Source: Candidatus Enterousia sp. (GTDB taxonomy: Bacteria > Pseudomonadota > Alphaproteobacteria > Rs-D84). From it: a DNA stretch of 64,000 nucleotides. The translations under genes were made by a program, and so were the position numbers. Location: contig JAZLAT010000005.1 of NCBI GenBank assembly GCA_045613345.1, forward strand, positions 67,588 to 131,587, read 5' to 3'. The notes under the pieces were generated by a model. It saw nothing but the letters and a program-made list of their open reading frames with translations, was not told the DNA's origin and did no database searches. Shown here one piece after another: positions 19,510 through 27,961 of the stretch (position 1 is its first letter; each line of letters starts with the position of its first letter).

Positions 19510-19593
19510 TTGTCAAAAACTTAGCACACAGGATTAGTTTCTTAAAGTAAAAAATGAACACAAAAAAATTTTTTTTAAACCCGAAAAATCAAC

Positions 19594-19623
19594 TTGACCC
19601 GATTCGGTGATTTTTGATAATAT
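19594..19623 (+). promoter_or_regulatory. Candidate sigma70 promoter
   Basis: TTGACC at 19594-19599 and TGATAATAT (extended -10-like) at 19615-19623. Confidence 0.45.
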
Positions 19624-19625
19624 TG

Positions 19626-19870
19626 TAACGAGCCGAAAGGGATTTCGGTTCGGGGCCCTGAGAAGCCTCCTATTCTCGGTGCAGAGCATCGTTAACATTT
19701 TTGGTTTTCACGTGTTTTTGCACCGTCAAGATTTTATCGCCCCCTTGTCGGGGTGCTGATGGTTATAATGCATCTGCAAAAGGCCATCAGGGTCAATAGA
19801 ATAGTGATTTCTCAACGCCCCGACATGTCGTTCGCGACATTGTTTCATTTTGTAAACGGGGGGGCGAAAG
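19626..19870 (+). promoter_or_regulatory. Long structured 5' leader (candidate riboswitch or attenuator) of the 268 aa secreted protein gene
   Basis: Nested stems: TAACGA/TCGTTA (19626-31 / 19689-94), CCGAAA/TTTCGG (19633-38 / 19643-48), CTGATGG/CCATCAG (19756-62 / 19784-90). Competing C/G runs lie at 19738-44, 19749-53, 19816-23 and 19857-66, the last overlapping the RBS. A hairpin ATGTCG-TTCG-CGACAT plus T-rich tract sits at 19825-19852. Confidence 0.4.
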
Positions 19871-20677
19871 ATGAAGAAATTTATTGTTGGTTTGTTGTCT
19901 ATGTTTTTTGCAGGTGCGGCACATGCATATACTTGCGGTGCGGGGTATTATTTGGGTGATAATAATGAATGTGTTGCATGTAATACATCGGGCGCGTATT
20001 ATTGTCCGGGCGACGACACCAAACACAATTGCCCCCAAATAGATGATAATTTTTACCAATGGGCATATGATACATATGGTTTTACTCGCACATCCGAACC
20101 ATTATATTGGACCAGCCAACCATCAGGCATGTCATCATTGCGTACTGGTGTAATATATTGTATAGCATACCACAGCATGCGAAATGATGTAGCATCAAGT
20201 ATATATTTTTCAGTGCGCTATGATGAGACAAACGGTTCTTATACAAACAACATATTTGTACTTTATCTACTTGCCGAGCACGGATATTATTTAAAACAAG
20301 CATATGATTCCGCAAATACCTATTGGCGACAAAGTGCCGCCTGCACCAATGCGCCGGCAAACGCGCATTATACTGGTGCGGGAACAAATGATACCTATGA
20401 TGGCACAGTGGTTGATGCAAACGACTGCCCTTGGGAATGTGACAGTGGTTATGGACAAACCACAAATGGACAATGTCTTGCACTTTGCGGTGCGGGTATT
20501 ACCGAATTGCATGTTGGGGATTATGTATTTAATTTATATGCGACCAAGCAAACTTCACCGGCATTATATATTAAATACAATGATACAATATGTTATGTAT
20601 CACTGGCAACGGGCACAGGGACAAATGCTATGCATATTAAAACCGGCGATGGAACAATTTACCATACGGTGAATTAA
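19871..20677 (+). CDS. Secreted Cys-rich hypothetical protein, 268 aa
   Basis: Signal peptide MKKFIVGLLSMFFAGAAHA followed by the CxxGYYL...CVAC pattern. Confidence 0.6.
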   Translation: MKKFIVGLLSMFFAGAAHAYTCGAGYYLGDNNECVACNTSGAYYCPGDDTKHNCPQIDDNFYQWAYDTYGFTRTSEPLYWTSQPSGMSSLRTGVIYCIAYHSMRNDVASSIYFSVRYDETNGSYTNNIFVLYLLAEHGYYLKQAYDSANTYWRQSAACTNAPANAHYTGAGTNDTYDGTVVDANDCPWECDSGYGQTTNGQCLALCGAGITELHVGDYVFNLYATKQTSPALYIKYNDTICYVSLATGTGTNAMHIKTGDGTIYHTVN

Positions 20678-20678
20678 T

Positions 20679-20780
20679 GGTTAGTGTTAGTGGTTAGCAG
20701 TATCTGGAATTAATCCGCAATTACGAAATTTTTCCAGAGCCTGCTAACCACTAGCCACTTACACTAATCACTTACACTCT
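20679..20780. repeat. Two facing TAGTG-type repeat arrays forming a long imperfect inverted repeat with a nested hairpin
   Basis: Left arm GGTTAGTGTTAGTGGTTAGCAG (20679-20700). Right arm CTGCTAACCACTAGCCACTTACACTAATCACTTACACTCT (20741-20780). Inner stem TCTGGAA/TTCCAGA (20703-09 / 20732-38). Confidence 0.8.
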
Positions 20781-21353
20781 CTACCATTGACCGGCGGGTT
20801 GGATACGACCCCATGCGGCTTTATATCCACCATCACGCGTCAAGACGATTTTTGCATTCTTTAATTTTTGGCAATTCAAACCACGCAATGTGTAAGACTT
20901 GTTCAAACGCATCGGTTCATCAACATATAACGTTGGCAAACTGACATTCATACTTGTGGATGCACAGCAACTGTAATCACTGCAATTTCCACAAGGATAA
21001 ATCTTTACTGTATAATCTTTACCCGGACGCAGGTCGGTTACATCAACCATCATTTTTGTTCCGTTATCGGCTGGTGCAAATTTAATATATCCCATTGCTG
21101 ATGTTCCGCCGGTGCTGCTGCGAGTATACATTGGCGCACTCATCATTGGACCAGACATTGGTTCAACCGCAACAACTTCCACTGCTTCGGCTTCATACAT
21201 TACGACTTCTTTGGGCTGTTGTTGGTGTGCGTAATGGCGGCGATGCATATCGTGCGGATGTTCACCATCGCATGTCGCGGCACAACCCGCCAAGATACTT
21301 ACCGCACCCAAAGCCATCGTCAATTTTGTGATTTTTTCTAATGTTTTATTCAT
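20781..21353 (-). CDS. Lipoprotein, hypothetical, 190 aa
   Basis: ATG at 21353 with an AAGGAG RBS and lipobox SILAGC. His-rich N-terminal linker and beta-rich body. The track start at 21473 is probably an upstream extension. Confidence 0.55.
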   Translation of the reverse strand: MNKTLEKITKLTMALGAVSILAGCAATCDGEHPHDMHRRHYAHQQQPKEVVMYEAEAVEVVAVEPMSGPMMSAPMYTRSSTGGTSAMGYIKFAPADNGTKMMVDVTDLRPGKDYTVKIYPCGNCSDYSCCASTSMNVSLPTLYVDEPMRLNKSYTLRGLNCQKLKNAKIVLTRDGGYKAAWGRIQPAGQW

Positions 21354-21495
21354 ATTTACTCCTTTTGGTTTACACGACACGATTATATTGTAAAAAATAT
21401 TCGTATGCCGCAGGTATGATTGCCTAGGGACCAAATCGCAAAAAAACTGACCCCGATTTTCGGGGTCAAACACATGACAAACAAAGGGTTTTTTC

Positions 21496-22098
21496 TTAGA
21501 ACATATATCTTATACCAACATCACCGGTAAAGTTATGCATCCCAGAATTTATGTCGGTATAGTTATAACGGAACGCCAAATCAACGGCAAAGACGCGCCA
21601 ATCGAATGTGACACCCAATGTGCCCATCGCAGAAAAACCACCTTTGTCATGATTGAACGCCTCGGCACCCGTCGGTTTTACATCTTGTTCGGTAAAGGCG
21701 ACACCCGCACCCAAACCAACGAACGGACGAATCATTGTGTAATCACCAAAGTCCATGTATGCATTCATCAACAATGTCTGCATTTTTGTATCTATGTTGA
21801 CATTGGTTGTACCAAATGTTTCACTGTCTTTGATTTTTGTGAACATAGACCATTCGATTTCAGTCCGTGCTCGGTTGCACCACATGGATAAACCAAGTGC
21901 GGCACGACCATGCATTTCTTCATCGTTCAAAGATTCACGATAACCGTCATAACGATAGTTAAGATTCGTATAACCGGCACCAACACGCAGTGCCATATAC
22001 GGGTTCAAAGAATCCCAAAAAGATTCTTGATGATGTTGACCCGCCATCGCCGGACACGCAACAAGTGCCGCCAAGACAGGTATTGCAACGTTCTTCAT
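21496..22098 (-). CDS. Small outer membrane beta-barrel protein (OmpA-like / OMP_b-brl family)
   Basis: 200 aa with signal peptide MKNVAIPVLAALVACPAMA, alternating beta-strand pattern and C-terminal GIRYMF. Confidence 0.65.
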   Translation of the reverse strand: MKNVAIPVLAALVACPAMAGQHHQESFWDSLNPYMALRVGAGYTNLNYRYDGYRESLNDEEMHGRAALGLSMWCNRARTEIEWSMFTKIKDSETFGTTNVNIDTKMQTLLMNAYMDFGDYTMIRPFVGLGAGVAFTEQDVKPTGAEAFNHDKGGFSAMGTLGVTFDWRVFAVDLAFRYNYTDINSGMHNFTGDVGIRYMF

Positions 22099-22231
22099 AT
22101 TTTCTCCTTTCTGTTATTTATGCAGATGCTTTTGCATCCACTTACTGGTTTTATCATAACACGACCGTGGCAAAGTTTATATAGGTATGGATGCCTGTTA
22201 TTACGGCAAATACTGGCAATGCGATAAAAAC

Positions 22232-22259
22232 TTGCATTTTATAAAAAAGATAATATAAT
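22232..22259 (+). promoter_or_regulatory. Candidate sigma70 promoter for tRNA-Lys
   Basis: TTGCAT at 22232-22237, a 16 nt spacer, then TATAAT at 22254-22259. Confidence 0.45.
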
Positions 22260-22286
22260 TTGCGGGTCACAAAGTTAAAGACCCAT

Positions 22287-22362
22287 GGGTGCGTAGCTCA
22301 GTTGGTAGAGCAACTGACTCTTAATCAGTGGGTCCAGGGTTCGAGTCCCTGCGCGCCCACCA
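22287..22362 (+). tRNA. tRNA-Lys (anticodon CTT), CCA encoded
   Basis: GGGTGCGTAGCTCAGTTGGTAGAGCAACTGACTCTTAATCAGTGGGTCCAGGGTTCGAGTCCCTGCGCGCCCACCA. The cloverleaf is canonical with anticodon loop CTCTTAA. Confidence 0.9.
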
Positions 22363-22406
22363 AAAATCAAAACCGCGAATGCGGTTTTTATTTTTGGGCT
22401 AAGCGG
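22346..22406 (+). repeat. Direct repeat copy 1 (61 nt): tRNA-Lys 3' end plus terminator plus 11 nt
   Basis: TCCCTGCGCGCCCACCAAAAATCAAAACCGCGAATGCGGTTTTTATTTTTGGGCTAAGCGG, identical to 22527-22587. Confidence 0.95.
22368..22395 (+). terminator. Rho-independent terminator after tRNA-Lys
   Basis: Stem AAAACCGC / GCGGTTTT with a GAAT loop, followed by TTATTTTT. Confidence 0.7.
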
Positions 22407-22526
22407 CGGACGAGAACCCGTGGGTTCGACGCGATAGCCGGTTTCGCGAGTGTAACAAAGCGAAACCGTTGCGTGCGGAAGGGGTCCCCATAACGGCACA
22501 TTTATGTGACGGATGGGGATGTGCAA

Positions 22527-22587
22527 TCCCTGCGCGCCCACCAAAAATCAAAACCGCGAATGCGGTTTTTATTTTTGGGCTAAGCGG
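22527..22587 (+). repeat. Direct repeat copy 2 (61 nt), includes a second copy of the terminator (22549-22576)
   Basis: Perfect match to 22346-22406. Its hairpin also sits directly after the ftsK stop on the other strand. Confidence 0.95.
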
Positions 22588-22611
22588 TGAACGAAAATAA
22601 AACAACATAAA

Positions 22612-24840
22612 TTACAACAACTGGCGCTTGCCGTTGGCATCGGGTGCACTTACTATACCGTCTTGTTCCATACGTTCCATAAATCCCGCCGCTTTGTTAT
22701 AGCCAACACTTAAACGCCGTTGAATATAAGATATCGTCGGTTTTTTATCACGTATGACATACTGTTTCGCCTGTTCATATAAATCTGCATCTTTATCACC
22801 CGTGCCCCCAGAAGCGCCCACAATCGCACCCGAAACATCACCGCTTTCCGCATCACTGGTTACCCCTTCAACATATTCCGGTTCGCCTTGGGACCGCAAG
22901 AAATCGCCAATGCGTTGCAATTCATCATTATCAATCAATGCCGCGTGTATACGCACCGGCAACCTGCCCGCTTCACTGAACAGCATATCGCCTTTGTCCA
23001 ATAAATTTTCTGCGCCTTTTTCGCCCAACGATGTCATAGAATCAACCATACTGCGCGCTTGGAAAGAAATGCGCGTTGGGAAATTCGCCTTGATAACACC
23101 GGTAATAATCGTCGCATCCGGTCTTTGTGTCGCCATAACAAGGTGTATACCTGCGGCACGCGCCTTTTGTGCAATTCTTTGCACGCATGCTTCAACTTCT
23201 TTACGCGCAACCCCCATCAAATCGGCAACTTCGTCGATAATAATCACGATATATGGCATATCAGACAAATCTACTTGCTGGGTTTCATAAAGCAATTCAC
23301 CAGTTTCTTCATCGGTTCCAACCGCGACCTGTTTTGTTACAACTTCGCCAGATGCGCGTTTTGCACCAACCGCTTCGTTATATTGTTCAATATTTTGCGC
23401 CTTGAATTCTTGCAACTGTTTATACCGGTCGTCCATTTCACGCACCGCCCATTTCAGAGCATTTACCGCCGGAACCGGATCCAACTTTACAATCGGAGTA
23501 ATCAGGTGCGGAATATCATCCCAGAACCCAAAGTCCACACCCTTGGGGTCGATAATCATCAACTTGCACTTGTCGGGTGTAAAGTGATAAACAATTGATG
23601 TAATAATAGACTGCACGAATACCGACTTACCGGTTCCGGTACGCCCCGCAACCAACATATGCGGCATCTTGGCCAAATCGAAATACATCGGATTACCACC
23701 AATATCCACCCCCAACGCAAGCGGAATTTTATATTTAGAATTCACAAAAGCGTCATTCGCAACCAAGTTTCGGAACCGCACAATTTGCCGATTCAAATTC
23801 ACCATTTCCACACCAACCAAATCAGTCCGCGGAATATGCGCAATACGAATTCTTTCGGTCGCCATCGCACGCGTCATATCACTTACCGTCTTGTTGACAT
23901 CGACCATCTTTGTTCCGCTTTCGGGACGGAATTCATAAAGTGTCACAATCGGTCCTGGACGAATTCCCGTGACATGACCATTAACTTTATATTCTGCAAA
24001 ATGAGTTTCCAACAAGGCCCCTTGACGCTTTAATTCCGGGGTTACAATATTTTTACCAAACACCGATTGTTCCAATAATTCCGGATCAGGTAATTCATAT
24101 TCAACGGCGGCACTGGTTGATACGGCACGACGACGCGCAGATTTTCGCTTTGGTTTTTCCTCTGGCTCTTCGTCTTCCTCCTCCTCTTCATCTTCAGTTT
24201 CTTCTTCGTCCTCTTCTGCTTCCTCTTCTTCGTCATACTCTTCAATCGGGCGCATAAGATGAAATGCCGTCAACACCCAACGTGTTATGCGCCAAAGCCC
24301 GCGCAAAATACGCAAAACATCGTTCAACTTGATATGCAACAATATTCCCGCAATCCAAAAAAAACCAACCAAACAAAGCAACCCGATAACAATACCAAAA
24401 CCGCCAACTAAATGTCCAATATCCGCACTTGCAATCGCGCCACACATACCACCAAAAGTCGCACGGGGTGCAACCAAACCAAAACCCGCCGCCCCCAAAC
24501 AAATTCCAACAAACCCGCGCAAGATATTATATTCTGGGGTTCCATCCCCCGTACCCAACGCAAGATTTATTCCGTACCTTGCAATACAAAGCAATAAAAA
24601 CAATGCTGGCATAAAACCCACAGCATATCGTAAAACGCCAACAAAATTCCCCATTAAACTCTGTGACCCAAAACTGCCCGCCGCAGCAACACCTTCAAGA
24701 TAAGGGTCATGCAATATCAACGCAATAACCGCCCACAATGCGACACAAACAACCGCGCCACCACAAAGTTTAAGAATAAAACCTTTGATTGCGCCCGAAA
24801 CACTGTCCGGCAAAAATTTAGACTGACTACCCATGTCCAT
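22612..24840 (-). CDS. ftsK: DNA translocase FtsK
   Basis: 742 aa with N-terminal TM segments, an acidic E/D-rich linker, the FtsK/SpoIIIE motor (Walker A GRTGTGKS) and a C-terminal gamma domain. Confidence 0.9.
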   Translation of the reverse strand: MDMGSQSKFLPDSVSGAIKGFILKLCGGAVVCVALWAVIALILHDPYLEGVAAAGSFGSQSLMGNFVGVLRYAVGFMPALFLLLCIARYGINLALGTGDGTPEYNILRGFVGICLGAAGFGLVAPRATFGGMCGAIASADIGHLVGGFGIVIGLLCLVGFFWIAGILLHIKLNDVLRILRGLWRITRWVLTAFHLMRPIEEYDEEEEAEEDEEETEDEEEEEDEEPEEKPKRKSARRRAVSTSAAVEYELPDPELLEQSVFGKNIVTPELKRQGALLETHFAEYKVNGHVTGIRPGPIVTLYEFRPESGTKMVDVNKTVSDMTRAMATERIRIAHIPRTDLVGVEMVNLNRQIVRFRNLVANDAFVNSKYKIPLALGVDIGGNPMYFDLAKMPHMLVAGRTGTGKSVFVQSIITSIVYHFTPDKCKLMIIDPKGVDFGFWDDIPHLITPIVKLDPVPAVNALKWAVREMDDRYKQLQEFKAQNIEQYNEAVGAKRASGEVVTKQVAVGTDEETGELLYETQQVDLSDMPYIVIIIDEVADLMGVARKEVEACVQRIAQKARAAGIHLVMATQRPDATIITGVIKANFPTRISFQARSMVDSMTSLGEKGAENLLDKGDMLFSEAGRLPVRIHAALIDNDELQRIGDFLRSQGEPEYVEGVTSDAESGDVSGAIVGASGGTGDKDADLYEQAKQYVIRDKKPTISYIQRRLSVGYNKAAGFMERMEQDGIVSAPDANGKRQLL

Positions 24841-24885
24841 AATTCTATCATAAAAAAACAGAAAATAACAGACCGATAAATTTTT

Positions 24886-25536
24886 TTATTTTGCACGTCG
24901 TGCCAAAATGAACTTTGCAACATCAGCCATCAAAATACCGATAAACGCGCCCAATATAACATCAGACGGCCAATGAAAGCCCGCGCACACGCGCGACACG
25001 CCAATCACAATTGCGAACAACCAACAAAACCACCGCGCACTTGGCGCCAAAATTCCAATCATCACCAAACCCGCAAAAGACGCAACCGCATGTCCCGACG
25101 GCATAGAATGAAATGCCCAATCACGTGCAAACGGGAAAAATCCTGTCATGCCTAATGCTTCATAAAAAATGGGACGCGCACGACCAATAATAAACTTTAA
25201 CACAACCGCAATCATCGACGCATAAAACACCGAACACAAAACCCAAAAAGCATAACTGCCACGCACACGTGCATATATATTACCAAAACCAAATTTTTCA
25301 TGTGTTTGAATTGTCTTGCGAATGTAAAAAGCCGCAACAACAATCAAAGATAACACCAACCAACCAACCACACCAAATACTGCACCCAAATAACGCCACA
25401 CTGTATAATCAAATCCGCGTAAGAAATTATACACCGGAATATCAAACCAAAAAACACCCGCCAAAACCGTCAACAATGTGACAACCGCACCAATTATGAT
25501 TCTTGAAAAATTTAAACGATTATTTTTTATGAACAT
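24886..25536 (-). CDS. PAP2-family membrane phosphatase
   Basis: 216 aa with motifs KFIIGRARP, PSGH and SRVCAGFHWPSD. Confidence 0.75.
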   Translation of the reverse strand: MFIKNNRLNFSRIIIGAVVTLLTVLAGVFWFDIPVYNFLRGFDYTVWRYLGAVFGVVGWLVLSLIVVAAFYIRKTIQTHEKFGFGNIYARVRGSYAFWVLCSVFYASMIAVVLKFIIGRARPIFYEALGMTGFFPFARDWAFHSMPSGHAVASFAGLVMIGILAPSARWFCWLFAIVIGVSRVCAGFHWPSDVILGAFIGILMADVAKFILARRAK

Positions 25537-25546
25537 ATTTTTTCCC

Positions 25547-27049
25547 TTATTCCATATTTAACAAACGACTGTAAACCTGTTTATCGGTCAAGATTTTTAC
25601 CGCAACAGACCGTGCAAGTAAATCTTCATCTTCACCACTGGTAATAACTGGACATCCACGACGAATCGATTCTGCATCAACATTTAAATCAGCATTGTAA
25701 TCATGCGATTTAAAATCATTATTTATAACATTCAAAAAGAACGCATTTTGTTGTGAAGAATTCCTAATATTAGACAAACATACAATCGGAAAAACTCCTC
25801 GTCCATCCAAAGCACGACCACGTCCCGTCTTGACCGACTTGTTCATCAATTCTAACATTCCACCATCATTCAAATTCAACCGCGATGCAATACGCGCCGC
25901 CCCCGCTGTCGGTGTTCCTATAACTACCCCGCGTCCTGTTTCATAAAATGCGGCGGCAATCGCTTCGGCGGTACCACGCGTCATATTTGAAACGACCACA
26001 ACAACCGGAACGTTTGTCATCTGATTATCCCCGGGCACAACTTCTAATTCAGACACAGCAGTTTCAACAATTCTCATCACTGGCCGTGCCCCAATAAAAA
26101 GCCCCGCCAATTTTGCCGCCGCCCGTTCATCATCACCCGTTGCCGCACGCAAATCTAAAATTATACCCGATAAATTTTTATGTTTACTCAATGCTTCGGC
26201 AACAATAGAAGCGGCATTATTTGAAACTTGATTCACAACTATTTCTAAAATCCCACCATTATCATCATCCATAAACACAACATCTGCATCTGCCAATACA
26301 ATCGTCGCACGCCGCACGACCACACGACGAGTCCCCGTTGGTGTCATCAATGTCATTTTCAAAGTTCCCGAATTAAATCCCGACATCATTGACGCTAATG
26401 CTGAATCGGTCATATCGGATACCAATGTTCCATTTATTTCACCAATCAAATCACCCGATGCCACCCCCGCATTATCAGCAGGCGACCCCCGGTACACACC
26501 CAACACACGAAAGTTACCCCGTTCATCACGACGACCTTCGATTCCGACACTTGTCAATATCTTGTCGCCACCATTCAATTCTGCATCACGCGAATAAACA
26601 TACCGACCGCGTTCATCGATTCCGCGCAAAAGCCCATCAACCACCGCACGATAAATTTCAACATCATTTGCCGCCGCCAAATTTGCATCGCGTTCGCGCA
26701 TCTTAAGGACAAGCGCAGTTGTAATTTCACCAAAAGCGTCCCAATCACGGGCCGCCGGCCGCGGATAATTTGCAACAATAGAATCACCCCACACCAAAAC
26801 CACGCGTTCATCGGTTGCGGCAATATGCGCATTAGTGTTCATATTTTCCAAACTTTCAATTGCGACATTTATATCCTTGCCACCCCAACTTACCCCATCC
26901 AGTTTTTCATAAATATCTGCAAAGCCACGCGACATTTCGACGACATTTAATCCACCCTGGATTGGTTCGTCTTCAAAGAACAAATCGCCCGCGCGTGCAC
27001 CGGTTGCAAATATCAATATGGTTAAAAAAGTTTTTATTATTTTTGTCAT
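25547..27049 (-). CDS. S41-family (C-terminal processing peptidase) homolog with PDZ domain, possibly catalytically inactive
   Basis: 500 aa with a signal peptide, PDZ-like GVYRGSPADNAGVASGDLIGEING and an S41 core (ILDLRAATG...VVVVSNMTRGTAEAIAAAF...GTPTAGAA). Confidence 0.65.
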   Translation of the reverse strand: MTKIIKTFLTILIFATGARAGDLFFEDEPIQGGLNVVEMSRGFADIYEKLDGVSWGGKDINVAIESLENMNTNAHIAATDERVVLVWGDSIVANYPRPAARDWDAFGEITTALVLKMRERDANLAAANDVEIYRAVVDGLLRGIDERGRYVYSRDAELNGGDKILTSVGIEGRRDERGNFRVLGVYRGSPADNAGVASGDLIGEINGTLVSDMTDSALASMMSGFNSGTLKMTLMTPTGTRRVVVRRATIVLADADVVFMDDDNGGILEIVVNQVSNNAASIVAEALSKHKNLSGIILDLRAATGDDERAAAKLAGLFIGARPVMRIVETAVSELEVVPGDNQMTNVPVVVVVSNMTRGTAEAIAAAFYETGRGVVIGTPTAGAARIASRLNLNDGGMLELMNKSVKTGRGRALDGRGVFPIVCLSNIRNSSQQNAFFLNVINNDFKSHDYNADLNVDAESIRRGCPVITSGEDEDLLARSVAVKILTDKQVYSRLLNME

Positions 27050-27085
27050 ATCATCCCTCCGTTATTTGCAACCGATGCGATTTAT

Positions 27086-27949
27086 TTAATATTTTGTTTC
27101 GCGCAGGTTAAAGTGATACAAAATCACATTAGAAATATACATACTGGTCAATGTTCCCATAACAATAGAGAAAGTCATCGCAATTGCAAAATCGCGCAAA
27201 GCCATTCCACCGAACACAAACAACCCAAGCAACGCAAGTATTGTCGTAATACTGGTCATCATGGTTCGCGACAACATTTCATTAACCGACAAATCGATCA
27301 ATTCATCCATTGGCATTTTATGGTACTTTTTAATATTCTCGTCGATTCGGTCATAGTTCACAACCTTATCATTAATGGAATATCCAACGCCCATCAAGAC
27401 AACGGCAATCGCGGTCTGATTAAATTCTAATCCAACCACCGAAAAGAATCCGAACATCAAAACAAAGTCAAACACCAACGATACAAAAGACCCAACGGCA
27501 TACCCGCCACGATACCGAATCCAAATATAAACCGCCATCAGCAAGAACGATACCAATACCGCCAAGATACCGCCGCGCACCAATTCGCCACCAATTTTTG
27601 GTCCAACAATTTGCACCTGGGCATATTCAACTTTGTTACCCAAAATATCCTTGATTTCACGCACGCGTTCATTTTGTTCTGCATCTGTTGCGCCCTTTGG
27701 CAACCCAACGCGTATCAGAATCGAATTTCCATCAACCGACTGCAGCTCTGGTTTAAACGCCGCCAAATCGTGCCGCATTTTATCGACGGTATAGTCCGAT
27801 TCGGTCGCGGTCACTTCCATAGAAATACCACCGGCAAAATCGATACCATAATTTAAACCACGGAATGCCAACGCCAACACAGATACAATCATCAAACCGC
27901 CGGAAATCCAGTACGATAATTTACGATATTTCATAAAATGCAATTTCAT
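27086..27949 (-). CDS. secF: Protein translocase subunit SecF
   Basis: 287 aa with typical SecF TM topology and motifs. It is adjacent to secD. Confidence 0.9.
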   Translation of the reverse strand: MKLHFMKYRKLSYWISGGLMIVSVLALAFRGLNYGIDFAGGISMEVTATESDYTVDKMRHDLAAFKPELQSVDGNSILIRVGLPKGATDAEQNERVREIKDILGNKVEYAQVQIVGPKIGGELVRGGILAVLVSFLLMAVYIWIRYRGGYAVGSFVSLVFDFVLMFGFFSVVGLEFNQTAIAVVLMGVGYSINDKVVNYDRIDENIKKYHKMPMDELIDLSVNEMLSRTMMTSITTILALLGLFVFGGMALRDFAIAMTFSIVMGTLTSMYISNVILYHFNLRETKY

Positions 27950-27961
27950 TTTTCGACCCCT

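Noticed and set aside
19750-19790. TPP riboswitch. GGGGTGCTGATGGTTATAATGCATCTGC loosely resembles the thi-box CCTGATCTGGATAATGCCAGCG, and there is a CTGAGA at 19658.
   Set aside because: The CTGAGA is about 100 nt away rather than about 20. The P4/P5 pairing and the AGGGA element are missing, and the downstream gene is not thiamine-related. It is left as an unclassified leader.
22407-22545. Possible tmRNA or second tRNA. GGGTTCGACGCGAT resembles the tmRNA 5' motif GGATTCGACGGGAT, and the segment ends in a T-arm-like hairpin plus ACCA.
   Set aside because: It is far too short for a tmRNA. There is no tag reading frame and no 5' strand able to pair with the acceptor 3' strand. No D-arm or anticodon arm can be drawn.
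24150-24245. GAA/GAG-rich repetitive DNA that could be mistaken for a tandem repeat or spacer array.
   Set aside because: It is in frame in ftsK and encodes the acidic E/D linker between the membrane and motor domains, which is common in FtsK.
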